From NCBI GenBank assembly GCA_026770705.1, contig JANJGN010000557.1, forward strand, positions 124,001-188,000: 64,000 bases of DNA, read 5' to 3'. Shown in pieces: positions 12,197-23,554 of the stretch. The DNA is from Isurus oxyrinchus (taxonomy: Eukaryota). Numbering within the stretch: the stretch's first letter is position 1; each line of letters starts with the position of its first letter. Under the pieces are notes generated by a model. That model was not told the origin of the DNA, did not search any database, and saw only the letters and a list, made by a program, of their open reading frames with translations. The translations under genes and the position numbers were made by a program.

Positions 12197-13460
12197 TGTG
12201 TGTGCGTATGTCTGTGTGTGTGTGTATGTGTCTGTGTTTGTGTATGTGGATGTTTGTGTGTCTCTGTGTGTGTGTGTCTGTGTGTGTGCGTATTCCTGTG
12301 TGTGTGTCTGTGTTAGTCGATGTGGATGTGTGTGTGTGTCTGTGTGTGTGCGTATGTCTGTGTGTGTGTGTCTGTATGTGTGTGTGTGTGTCTGCNNNNN
12401 NNNNNNNNNNNNNNNNNNNNNNNNNNNNNNNNNNNNNNNNNNNNNNNNNNNNNNNNNNNNNNNNNNNNNNNNNNNNNNNNNNNNNNNNNNNNNNNNNNNN
12501 NNNNNNNNNNNNNNNNNNNNNNNNNNNNNNNNNNNNNNNNNNNNNNNNNNNNNNNNNNNNNNNNNNNNNNNNNNNNNNNNNNNNNNNNNNNNNNNNNNNN
12601 NNNNNNNNNNNNNNNNNNNNNNNNNNNNNNNNNNNNNNNNNNNNNNNNNNNNNNNNNNNNNNNNNNNNNNNNNNNNNNNNNNNNNNNNNNNNNNNNNNNN
12701 NNNNNNNNNNNNNNNNNNNNNNNNNNNNNNNNNNNNNNNNNNNNNNNNNNNNNNNNNNNNNNNNNNNNNNNNNNNNTGTCTCTGTGTGTGCAACTATGTG
12801 TGTCTCTGTCTGTGTGAGTGCATCTGTGTGTGTGTGTGTGCATATGTCTGTGTGTGTGTGTGTTTGTGTTTGTCGATGTGGATGTTTGTGTGTGTCTATG
12901 TGTGTGTGTCTGTCTGTGTGCGTATGTCTGTGTGTGTGTGTCTGTATGTGTGTGTGCGTGTGTGTGTCTGTGTTAGTNNNNNNNNNNNNNNNNNNNNNNN
13001 NNNNNNNNNNNNNNNNNNNNNNNNNNNNNNNNNNNNNNNNNNNNNNNNNNNNNNNNNNNNNNNNNNNNNNNNNNNNNNNNNNNNNNNNNNNNNNNNNNNN
13101 NNNNNNNNNNNNNNNNNNNNNNNNNNNNNNNNNNNNNNNNNNNNNNNNNNNNNNNNNNNNNNNNNNNNNNNNNNNNNNNNNNNNNNNNNNNNTGTGTGTG
13201 TTTACACGTGTGTGTGTGTGCGTGCATCGGTGTGTATGTGTCTCTGTGTGTGCATCTATGTGTATCTCTGTCTGTGTGTGTGCATCTGTGTATGTGTGTG
13301 CGTATGTNNNNNNNNNNNNNNNNNNNNNNNNNNNNNNNNNNNNNNNNNNNNNNNNNNNNNNNNNNNNNNNNNNNNNNNNNNNNNNNNNNNNNNNNNNNNN
13401 NNNNNNNNNNNNNNNNNNNNNNNNNNNNNNNNNNNNNNNNNNNNNNNNNNNNNNNNNNNN
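12197..13460. repeat. Degenerate (GT)n low-complexity tract with three N runs
   Basis: Directly visible; N runs 12396-12775, 12978-13191, 13308-13460. Confidence 0.95.
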
Positions 13461-13624
13461 CGCTGTCGGGGGGTCAGTAGGAAGGGAGCTCTGCAATGTC
13501 AGAGGTGAATTTTTATCAATAAAAGCAGATGATCTGTTGTTAAACAAACTGTATTTTATGGGTTTTTACTGTGTAGCATGTGGACTATAATGGCCAATGT
13601 AGAATAAAGGATGTCTGTACTTAC

Positions 13625-13921
13625 CTTGCACAGTTAGTACGAGGGTCCGCTCCGATGAAACAGATGGATATCTCACTCTGCAGCTGAGATTGTGTCCGTG
13701 GTGTTTGAGTGATGGGATCAGGGTCAGAACAGAAGTATAGGTCAGAGTGACACCATGCTGAGTTACAGTGTTTGAGACTGATCCAGGTACGTCAGTGGGA
13801 GTGTCCCAGGTTAAGACAGGTGCTGCTGTTCCATTGCACGTTGTGTTGAAGGTGCAGCTTACATCCACACGCTTTCCTGCAATAATTTCAGCAGGGAATA
13901 TCATGGGTTTATCTGTGAAAT
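13625..13921 (-). CDS. S1 C-set Ig exon (DFTDKPMIFPAEI...CTFNTTCNG...LSCRVRYP...LTVQ)
   Basis: 297 bp, AG/GT bounded, phase 1-1; B-strand Cys, extra interdomain Cys, Trp and F-strand Cys as in Siglec domain 2. Confidence 0.92.
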
Positions 13922-14292
13922 CTAACAGACAGAGAATGAATCCTTTTAGAGAAATATAACATGAAGCGTCAGCTCAAATAGAAACCACAGACCCACAAGA
14001 GAAAGCACTTTTACAAGGATGATATCAGAACTGAGATGTTTCAACGATCCTGATAGACTGTTAGACACAATTAGAGTGATCAATGGAAGTGGAATATATT
14101 TAATCATTGATATTAAAGTGAGTATTAGAGGTTGTTTTAGGACTGAACTGGAAGCTATCACCAGGTTATTGAGAATCAGACAGTGTGTTATAATAAGCTG
14201 TGTTTTGTGTTAATATGTAAACGTCACAGTTTGTGTTATTTCCCATTGAGTGTTGAATGTGAATTGTTGAGTAATTATAACACAGCACTTAC

Positions 14293-14658
14293 CAGAAACG
14301 TGAAGCTGGGTTACAGGGTAATAGTTATGTCTCGGACCATTGTCAAATTCTATCCTGAAAAAATAAGGTCCTGCATCTTCCCGTGTGATGTTGTTTATAA
14401 TCAGAGAACAGTCGCCATCTTTCAGGTCTCCAGACAGTCGGGTCCGATGGTGGAACCGTGGTAACTCGTGACTGTGATCCTTGGAGTGAAAGGCTATAGA
14501 CGATGTTTCCCGTTCCTCATTATTAAACCAGACTCCACCTCGCGGTTGGTTTTCCAGACACGATGGATAACTGTAATGACACGGAATCTGTACACACGAA
14601 CCTTCCTGCACTGTCACCTCTCGTGGAGTGTCACCTTTCCACTCTTGTGAGGGTTCAT
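14293..14658 (-). CDS. S1 V-set exon V2 (DEPSQEWKG...CVQIPC...YFFRIEF...QLHVS)
   Basis: 366 bp open, phase 1-1; Siglec signatures: CVxxPC, DCSL, essential Arg in YFFRIE. Confidence 0.92.
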
Positions 14659-14714
14659 CTGGGGAGAGAAATATCAATATTTAACTCTGAATGGTTTGTG
14701 GATCCACTGAACCC

Positions 14715-15545
14715 GATATTTACAGATGAGGCTGAATTGGGGGGATGGTCAATACTGAGGAGAATGGCAACAAATTATATTGTCAGGAAGAATAGAAAAA
14801 CAGGATATTATTTAAATGGAGACAGGCTGCAGAATGCAGTACAGAGGGATCTGGGTGTCCTGGTACATGAATCACAGAAAGTCAGCATTCAGGAACAGCA
14901 CGGAATGAGGAAGGCAAGTGGAATGTTGGCCTTTATTGCAAAGGGATGGAGTATAAAAGGAGGGAAGTCTTGCAACAGCTGCACAGGGTGCGATTGTATC
15001 AGGAGCAGTGTGTACAGTTCTGGTCTCCTTACTTAGGGAGGGATAGACTCTGCATTGGAGGCAGTTCAGAGAAGCTTCACTGGGCTGATTCCTGGGATTA
15101 AAGGGTTTGTCCTGTGAGGAAATGTTGAGCAGGTTGGGCCTGTATCCATTGGAGTTTAGAAGAATGAGGGGTGACCTTATTGAAACATATCCGATTCCGA
15201 GGGGGCTTGACAGGGTGGATGCTGGGAGGATGTTTCCCCCTCGTGGGGGAATCTAGAACCAGGGAGCACAGTTTCGGAATGAGGGCTCCCCCATTTAAGA
15301 CTGAGATGAGGAGGAATTTCCTCTCTCAGAGGGGCGCTAGCCTGTGGAATTCTCTTCCCCAGAGAGCAGTGGAGGCTGGGCCATTGAACAGACTCAAGGC
15401 TGAGTGAGGCAGGTTTTTGATCGACAAGGGAGTCAAGGGTTTGGGGGACAGGCAGGAAAATGGAGTTAAGGCCACAACCAGATCAGTGAGAGCAGGCTCG
15501 AGGGGCTGAATGGCCTGCTCCTGTCCCTATTTCTTATGTTCCTAC
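14715..15545 (+). mobile_element. 5'-truncated CR1 LINE 3' end between the two V exons
   Basis: QRDLGVLVHESQKVS and RRNFLSQRGASLWNSLPQRAVEA; terminal GGGCTGAATGGCCT motif. Confidence 0.85.
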
Positions 15546-16099
15546 ATTCTTACCTTCTTAAAATATTAAAGCTGCAGAATAAACATGCAAGTGACTGACC
15601 CGCTCGACCCACCTTCCATCTGGGGGTCCCATGGGGAGGACCCTTCCTGAGACAGATCCACCAGCCAACATGGTCTGGATCCGAGCACAGGAGACACGGG
15701 GGGGGGAGTGACTAACAGGCTCCTTGTGACAGGCCCCGTCTGTCCAATGGCTGGCTTTCAGCTGCCAAGGCCAGAGTGGTCCTTGCTAAAACCGGCTCAG
15801 GACAGGCCAGGACCCCTGTGCAGACCCCCTCCAGCGCTGCAGCCTCTGTACAAACCCCTCATGCGCTTGTGGAGAGACACAAACAAGGCTGCACATTACC
15901 GAGGAGAATCCCTTCTACGGACTAAGGGCCTGACTCATCACCTTAAACTGCGCAAATGAGGAGGCTCTCGCTCGGTATCGGGGCTTGGCATTCGCTCAGT
16001 AAAAATATTCAAATGACATTTTGGTCAGAAATCTAAGGAGGTTGTACATTCCCTCAAAAATAAGACTCGAGCTGGGGTCACGGGTCAAAGGGCAACAAC

Positions 16100-18050
16100 T
16101 TATATTTACACAACAACTTTAATATGACAAATCACCCCAAGGTGCTACACAAGAGTGTCATAAAACAAAGTATGTCACCCAGACACATGTGGAGATATTA
16201 GCAACAGCTGGCCAGAAGAGGTCGGTGTTTTGGAGAGACAGAGAGAAAGAGAAAAAGAGACAGAGACAGAGAGAGAGAGAGAGAGTTGGAGAGGTTTCGG
16301 GTGGGAATTCCAGAGCTTATGGTCCCAGGCAGCTGAAGGCACGGCCGCCAATTTTGGAGCGATAGCATCCGGTGATGGTCAAGAGTTTGGAATTGGAGGA
16401 GCGCAGTGATCCCGGGGGGGTTGTAGGTGCTGTAGTTTGTGCAGAGGCTGCAGAGAGGCTACAAATTAGGAAAATTTGGAGAGGCTGTAGGAGTTCACAG
16501 AGCTAGGGAGGGTTGTAGAGTATGCAGGAGGTTACAGGGATAGGGAGGGTTGTAGGGGCTGGAGGAGTTACAGTGAAAGGGGGGTGGGTGTAGGGACTGG
16601 TGGATGTTACAGGGTAAGGGAGGCATTAGGGGCATGAGTAGGTTACAGAGACAGGGGGTTTGGAGGGACTGGAGAAATCTACAGTGAAAGGGAGGCTTTA
16701 GGGGATAAAGATGGTGACAGAGATAGGGAGGGTGGATGGGAATGGGAAATGTTATGGAGATAGGGGGTTTGTAGGTACAGGATGGGGTTATAGAGATTGG
16801 GAGTTTTATAGGGACTGGAGGAGGTTACAGAGATAGAGAGTGCTGTAGAGACTGGAGGACGTTACAGAGATAGGGGTTGTTGCACCGGTTGGAGAAGGTT
16901 ACAGAGAAATGGACCGTTGTTGGAGCTGGAAGAGGTTTATGAGGGAGGGGTGGTTATAGGGACTGAAATAATTTACAGAGATTGGGAGTGTTGTAGGGGC
17001 TGGAGGAGGTTACAGAGATAGGGTGGGTTGTAGGGGCTGGAGGTGGAAGAGGAGATTACAGGGATAATGAGGAAACAAAGATGAAAATTTGGACATTGAG
17101 ACTTTGCTTGACCAGGAGCCAGTCTCGGTCATCGAGCAGAGCGGGTGATAAGGGAACGGGACTTGGTGTGAGTAAGGACTTGGTCAGCAGTTTTGGATGG
17201 CCTCAAGTTTATGGAGTATGGAGCGTGTGTTGGAACAGTCGAGTCTGGAGGTAATGAAGGCGTGGATGAGGGTTTCAGCAGCAGATGAGCTGAGACAGGG
17301 TGATGTTGTGCGATGTTACGGAGGTGGAAATAGACGGTGTTAGTGAGGGCGCAGATATGAGGCCGGAAGCTCATCTCAGGATCAAATGGGACAACAAAGC
17401 TGTGAACAGATTGGCTTCAATCTCAGAGAGCTGCCAGGGAGAGGAATGGAGTTGGTAGCGAGGGAACAGAGTTTGGAGCGGGGAATGAAGACAATGGCTT
17501 CAGTCTTCCCAATATTTAATTGGAGGGAATTTCTGCCCATCCAGTACTGGATGTCGGATAAGCAGCCTGATAATTTAGCAGCAGTGGAGGAGTCGAGAGA
17601 GGTGGTGGTGAGGTAGAGCTGGGGATCCTCAGTGGACAGGTGAAAACTAACACTGTTCAGATGATGCTGCAAAGCCATTGCAAGTGATTCTCTGGCTACG
17701 ATGAGATGGATAAGAATAGAGCCAGGGGAGAGCAGTCCCACCCAGCTGGACGACAGTGGAGAGGTGTTGGAGGAGGATGGTGTGGTCGAGCGTGTCAAAG
17801 GCTGCAGACAGATCGAGAAGGACGAGGAGGGAAAGTTGACCTTTGTCACAGTCACACAGGATGCCATTTGTGACCTTGATAAGAGCTGTTTCAGCACAGT
17901 GGCTGGGGTGGGAACCTGATTGGAGGGATTCAAACATGGAGTTCCGGGAAAGATGGGAACGGATTCGGGAGATGGAAACACGTTCAAGGACTTTGGAGGT
18001 GAAAGAGAGGCTGGAGATGGGACAGGAGATTACACAGACAGTGTAAGGGG
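16100..18050 (-). mobile_element. Degraded L2-type LINE (RT region and 3' tail) with internal G-rich about 32-bp tandem repeat at 16420-17060
   Basis: QSGSHPSHCAETALIKVTNGIL, LLDLSAAFDTLDH and CLSDIQYWM..N.LQLNIGKTEAI motifs. Confidence 0.85.
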
Positions 18051-18301
18051 TGGAAGGTGTAGTGGGGAGGAGACACTTCACTCAGGGGGCAGGTGTCATC
18101 ACCCCTCAGCTCGGTTTACTTTACAGCTATGATGTGGATTCAATCACACACAATAAGCTCATGGATCTCGGAGCAGAAATAGACAAATCATTAAAAATAG
18201 TGACGCTGGTTAACACGGCCAAAAAACAAGCAAATCAGACACTATTATTTCCCATTGAGTGTTGGATGTGAATTGTTGATTAATTATAACACAGCACTTA
18301 C

Positions 18302-18688
18302 CAGAAACATGAAGCTGGGTTTCAGGATAGTAGCTGTAACTATTGTTGCCGTCAAATTCTATTCTGAAATAATAATATCCTGCATCTTCCCATCTGATGT
18401 TGTTTATAATCAGGGAACAGTCGCCATCTTTCAGGTCTCCAGACAGCCGGGTCCGATGGTGGAACCATGTTAACTCGCGATTGTGATTCTTGGAGTGAAA
18501 TGCTATGATCCCTCTAGACCTTGTATTCCATGTATTCCATGTGTACCATATCACATACCAGATTCCGACACGTGCTCTCCCTACTAAACGTGCTGGATAA
18601 CTGTAATTACATGGAATCTGTACACACGAACCTTCCTGTGCTGTCACAAATCGTGGAGTGTTGCCTTTCCACTCTTGTGACAATCCAA
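18302..18688 (-). CDS. S1 V-set exon V1 (VGLSQEWKGN...WYTWNTWNT...YYYFRIEF...QLHVS)
   Basis: 387 bp open, phase 1-1, Siglec Cys pattern and essential Arg retained; most divergent V in the window. Confidence 0.9.
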
Positions 18689-19314
18689 CTGGGGAGAGAA
18701 ATATCAATATTTAACTCTGTGTGTTTTGTCAATCCACTAGACTTGATATCCACCCCCTCCTTCACTGGGGCACAGTGGCTGCAGTGTGGACCAGCTACAG
18801 GACACACAATGAACTCCCCAAGGTATCACAATAGATGGAAGTGAATCCTGGAAACAGGAGTGGACAAGTTCATTCTACATTGGCTCATGGTCCTCAGGAC
18901 CCTGTTTGTGCACAAGCCTGCTATCCAACAGAACTGAAGTTGGGGAAAATCCATTTGGAATTCCACTGTCCGGGGCATTGGGTTAACTTGCTGAGTTTGT
19001 TTCAAATCTAACATCTATTTTTGGTCTGTTGCCTTAAAGGGAGTGTAACTGGGAGTCAGGTTAATTAGGAATTTTAGGAGTTATTATAGCAGTCATTGTA
19101 GTCTTACGTCTGTGCTTAAAATCTTTTATTTTGATGATAAATATTTTAATTTATTTTTTTAAATCTCAAAAGATCTTGGTGGACTTATTGCTTCTGAATT
19201 CAGTGCACACATCTCATAATAAATAAAAAAATCAAGAATCATTATGATCGTGTGACCATCTTTCTCTCATGGACTTGGTCTGCCTGGCACACATCACCTG
19301 CCAAGTGCTAACAC

Positions 19315-20628
19315 TGTTGTAATATGCCTTTCAGGGACAGCAGCATGACATCACTCGAGGGGAAGTGTGTCATGTGATTTTTCGGAACTGGGGTTGGCTT
19401 AAGGAAGCTCTCTGTGTATTTGTGTGCATTAGGCATAAGGTCTATCTTTCAGTTCAAGTTTAGTTTGTATTTCTGTATTTGGGTGTTTTGAAAAGGGGGA
19501 ACTTGAGTTTTGGTTTCACTTTGGAAGAAGCCACCTATCTAATGAGTTTTTATGACTCTTGAAGGGAAGTCAAAACAAACACAAGGTAGAATAAACTGTG
19601 CTGTTGCCTAGTAACAGTGGTCCAGAGGGAAAGACCCACAGAGACCGAGAAAAACAGAAAAGTACTTTCAGTTCTGTTGAAAGGAGTTGCCAGGAGAAGC
19701 AGCAAAGGAGCGGGACAGATAGTCAGTCCCAAAGTAAAGAAGAAGCCAAAACCATCGAGTGGAACAGGAGAAAGGGCCCAAGAAAACCTTCTAGTCAAAT
19801 CTGGAAAAGGCCCTGTTAAGTGAAGTTAAGAGTGAGGAGCAGAAGAAGGCTTCAAGCATAAAGGGAGAAAGCAGCAGGACACAGGCCTAATGCAAAATAG
19901 GCTTGCGAGAAGCCAGACGATCCTAGGAGACACCACAGGTTGGTGACTCATTACTACGGCCATGTGAAGCCATGGTGTTCCATTGACACGGCTGAGCATT
20001 GGAGAGACAGGGCGTGGAAGGAAGGCTGAATGCACGTGGCGATCCAGGGGGCAGGAACATGGGAAGGAGAGTTTGAAATAGTGAAAGTGGACCCTTGTGG
20101 AAGGTGTCTGAGTGAAAGTGTCATGTTGGAGAAGATTCCAAAGAGAGTTCTTGGAGAGTGGAGATTGGAAACCCTCATATGGATATCTCAGTTCAGTGAG
20201 ACTGGTGGTCCCACAGTGTAACAAACGTCTGGGGACAGATGAGGAGGGAGACATAGCATTTGTTTCAAGTGGGTTCTGTCAGTTTCTTTCTGAATGTGGT
20301 GTCCCTGACCACAGGTCGTCTATTGGTTTACATCGACTGTGCACTTATTGTGAACATGAGAGTATAAGATAGCTATTGTAACATGTGTTCTACTTATGAA
20401 TCTGCAAAGGTATAGGTCTGGGTGAAGGAGTAATGTAATATAGTTTGTCTTTCCTAGTTTAATAAATGTTTTATTCTTTAGTTAGAAGTTCATCAGATGA
20501 CTCCTGTGACTCTGTTCAGTAGCTGCACTCCACATTCCTAAATAAAAAATAAAAGTTAGGACCAATCAAGCTGAGTTCCACCCTGGGATCTGACTTGCCC
20601 AGTAGTAACATCAGCTGGGATGATAACA
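19315..20628 (+). mobile_element. Long LTR-like element, preceded by a partial LTR (about 18930-19313)
   Basis: TGTTGTA...GATAACA termini, AATAAA near the 3' end; the preceding fragment ends like the LTR at 43299-44022. Confidence 0.5.
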
Positions 20629-21439
20629 CCATCCAGTCCAAGTTTCACTTTGGCCTGTGAGCAGAACACAGCTCACACAGTTTGGCTGCAGGTGTCTCCC
20701 AGCTTTCTATCCTTGTATATCTGTTCTCATGTCCCTGTTCTAAATAACTGAACCCACAATGTATTTACCCAATTCCGTATCAGTGGCTGGTGCCTTTATA
20801 TCATTATAAAAACACAACATGGTGATCAGCAGTGGCCAAACATTCTGGCAGCAAGATTCAGTACAGGTATGACGTGGTGAACAGCCTTAGATCGAGCTAC
20901 ATGACATGAGATGACCCTCGACGCTTTGGTCAGACCACAACAGAGACACAGCATCAGAGAGGGTTGAAATCGCAGTGTACTGACTGCTCAGGAAACCTTT
21001 GAAGACACAGTGACGGGAAAGAGCTCAAGTAAAGAGCTGGGGAGCAGACGCATCCCTCGTGGTGAGATTACAGCACACGGCCTGTAGGTCAGTGAGTGGG
21101 ACAGTGTGTATCGCCAGGACCAGCAGCAGGTTAGCTCAGTCAGGGAAGGCGAGTGACCAGGGTGTGGGCTGGATCGATAGTGAGTGAGGGAGAGTCAAAC
21201 ACACAAAAACCATTATAAAAATCAGCCCAGAGAAGTTAGTGATTATAACGGGCGGCTTCGAGATTGCTGAACAGCAAATTGAATAAAAAACAAAGACTCC
21301 ATTACTCCGTGGTGTGTTCCTGCCACAACCCGTCTCCGTGGGCAGAGCTTCGGAAAAGCACACAAAAGGGGCTAAAGCGACACTCATCCCAGATCCTGTA
21401 GGATAAGGAAGGTCAAAGGAATATTTTCAGAATCTCCAC

Positions 21440-23380
21440 GAAATTCCCCAGTTTGAACTGGGATGGAGCTGACCGACTATCTGAATTCAGAATGTTTAAA
21501 CAGCGTACAGAGCTCTGGTTTCCTGATTCAGGTGTGACTGAACCAGACGAAGAAGCCATAAAAATTCACCTCGCGATTGGGAATGAAGGTCTACACAGGC
21601 TGAACACATCAGCATTAACAGCAGAAGAGCGAAAGGATCCCCAATAGATATGTACGATATTGGAAGACAGGGTCAGAATCAGGTTAAACTCCATATTCAT
21701 CAACTAGAGTTTATGTCATTTCATCAGCCTACACAATCCACAGACCACTTCATCAGCCGATGTAGAGAAAAGGGTACGCACTGTGATTTCAAACACAGAG
21801 CCTGCAGACACAGTTGTTGAGTTGGCGATCGCATCCACTCCCATGGAGGCCTTCCAGAAAGATCTGCTAGATAAGACCAAAACCTATAGCATTGAAGAGC
21901 TACTCAAGGATGGACATAATTACGAAGTGATCCTCGCAGGTCAACGTAGCTTACAGGTCCTCAGTACAACAGCAATTGTTGACACACTCACTAGAACATC
22001 CAAACCTAGTGAGACGTGTGGAAGGTGTGGCCTTCTGCAGGCACCAAGGAAATGCCCAGCTTTCCACCAATCCTGCAAGGCTTTTGGCAGAAAGGGCCAT
22101 TGACAGCGGCAGGGCACTAGAGCAAAGGCTGATGCAGCTACAAAGAGCCGTGGGCTGATCCAAACAGACCCTACACAACGGGGAACCTTCAAGCAATAAG
22201 AATGACCATCCGGTATCCCATCAGGAACTTAGACATGTGGTGACTGACAAACCAGGAAATGGCGATGATGTACACGACGAGACTAGGAGCGGTGATCGAT
22301 ATTCCACCTCTCACACATATCCTGACGTGGCTTGCCAATAAATAATGGATTGTTGTCTTTATTGATCTCTCTGGGCACATCAAATAAACTGAAAATCTCC
22401 CATAGGGGTTGGATTTTCTGGCCCCACCCACTGCCAGGATTGTCTGGTCTGGTCAAAAGCCAATGGATTTATTTTTGTCCCACTTTCACGTACTACCCTT
22501 TCACCTCAGTTCATGACATAACATTGAAATATGCAGAAAGTTTCAACAACATTGGCAGTTTCAAAGGAGCTCCAACATTACACCGGCTGGAGAATGCAAG
22601 TCTGTCAATTGATCTAGTCCATTTAGCACAACACAAATGCCAGCAGCTGCAAGAGGGAATGGTGAGATTCCACACTACAGAAACTGAGGAAGCATCTTTG
22701 AAGTATCTCCTGATTCAACTTGACCTTATTGGGATGAGCAAGGCATCTCCCGGGGAGTCATTTCTAAAGACAGGCAGGGCATCATACTGGAATCTTTGTG
22801 ATCGGATATTCTTCAACAACTTGGCAGTGGGAAATGGTGGGGACAGCCTGTCACGGTTAGAAAATGAGGGGCTCATTGGCAGGTGTCAGTACTGTCCACA
22901 TGTGTGTCCATCTCAGGCTGTTGGCTGCCAGAGTCCTTACAAGGCTTTGAGATCACTTACAACATTTTGACTGTGACTCTCAGCACTCCACTGTGCCTGC
23001 TCTTGGACAATGTCCTTTACAGCGCATCAAAGGGAGGGCCTGCTGAACCTGCAATGTGAAAAACTGCCCAGGGATATGTCCAATCCAGCAGGAGAAATCC
23101 AACCTGGACAATCACTACCTTATCAATTTACTCTTCATCATAAGCAAAGTGATAAAGGTGTAATCGACATTAAGAGGCATTGACTCAACAATAACCTGCT
23201 CATCCAGCATGGTGGTAGTGCCACACAACACAATGGAGGGTATCCTCAGTGAAAGGACGGGACTTCATCTCCAAGGTTTCTGTTCAGAACCAGGGTCCTA
23301 TGGAGTCATTACACACAAAGGCTCAGCGGTGAGGCCTAACCAAGGAGAAATCAGATCCATTCCCGCTCCTCAATCACCTT
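21440..23380 (+). mobile_element. Degraded Gypsy-type internal region (gag with zinc knuckle; integrase C-terminal remnant)
   Basis: NWDGADRLSEFRMFKQR...LAIGNEGL; CGRCG...CPAFHQSCKAFGRKGH knuckle; GSYGVITHKGSAVRPN. Confidence 0.65.
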
Positions 23381-23404
23381 ACAGTCTTGTTGCATGGAGT
23401 CATC

Positions 23405-23553
23405 GGGCTGAATTTTCCCGTTGGCGAGCAGGGGGTGGGGCCTGCTCAGTGACACTATGATGATGCGATTTTACATCAGGAGGAAACCCTGACATCATCC
23501 TGCCTCATTTAAATATTCAGACCCACCCCCCCGACAGGCAGGAAATTCAGCCC
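23405..23553. mobile_element. Short non-autonomous DNA transposon (MITE), same family as 45722-46358
   Basis: TIRs GGGCTGAATTTTCC...GGAAATTCAGCCC. Confidence 0.65.
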
Positions 23554-23554
23554 A

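Noticed and set aside
12050-13590. ORFs across N runs; possible hidden Ig3 exon of S1
   Set aside because: ORFs are GT-repeat and N artefacts; the only N run long enough is flanked by GT repeat on both sides and C-to-TM phases already match, though a hidden exon cannot be fully excluded
13913-13923. Two in-frame acceptors 9 nt apart at each C exon (DFTDKP versus DKP)
   Set aside because: Upstream site chosen by analogy to Siglec DLTxxP; no evidence for alternative use and the effect would be minor
14293-14658. Assigning a gene symbol (CD33, MAG, CD22, SIGLEC15) or calling these Ig/TCR/IgNAR V genes
   Set aside because: The Cys pattern (CVxxPC...DCSL, no F-strand YxC) is Siglec-type, not antigen-receptor type; orthology needs phylogeny
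18770-18812. CACAGTG heptamer near V exons (also CACAGTT at about 14226) suggesting V(D)J recombination signals
   Set aside because: No ACAAAAACC-like nonamer at 12/23 spacing; the CACAGTG lies in a LINE fragment homologous to 10138-10180; V exons are complete through the G strand with splice donors
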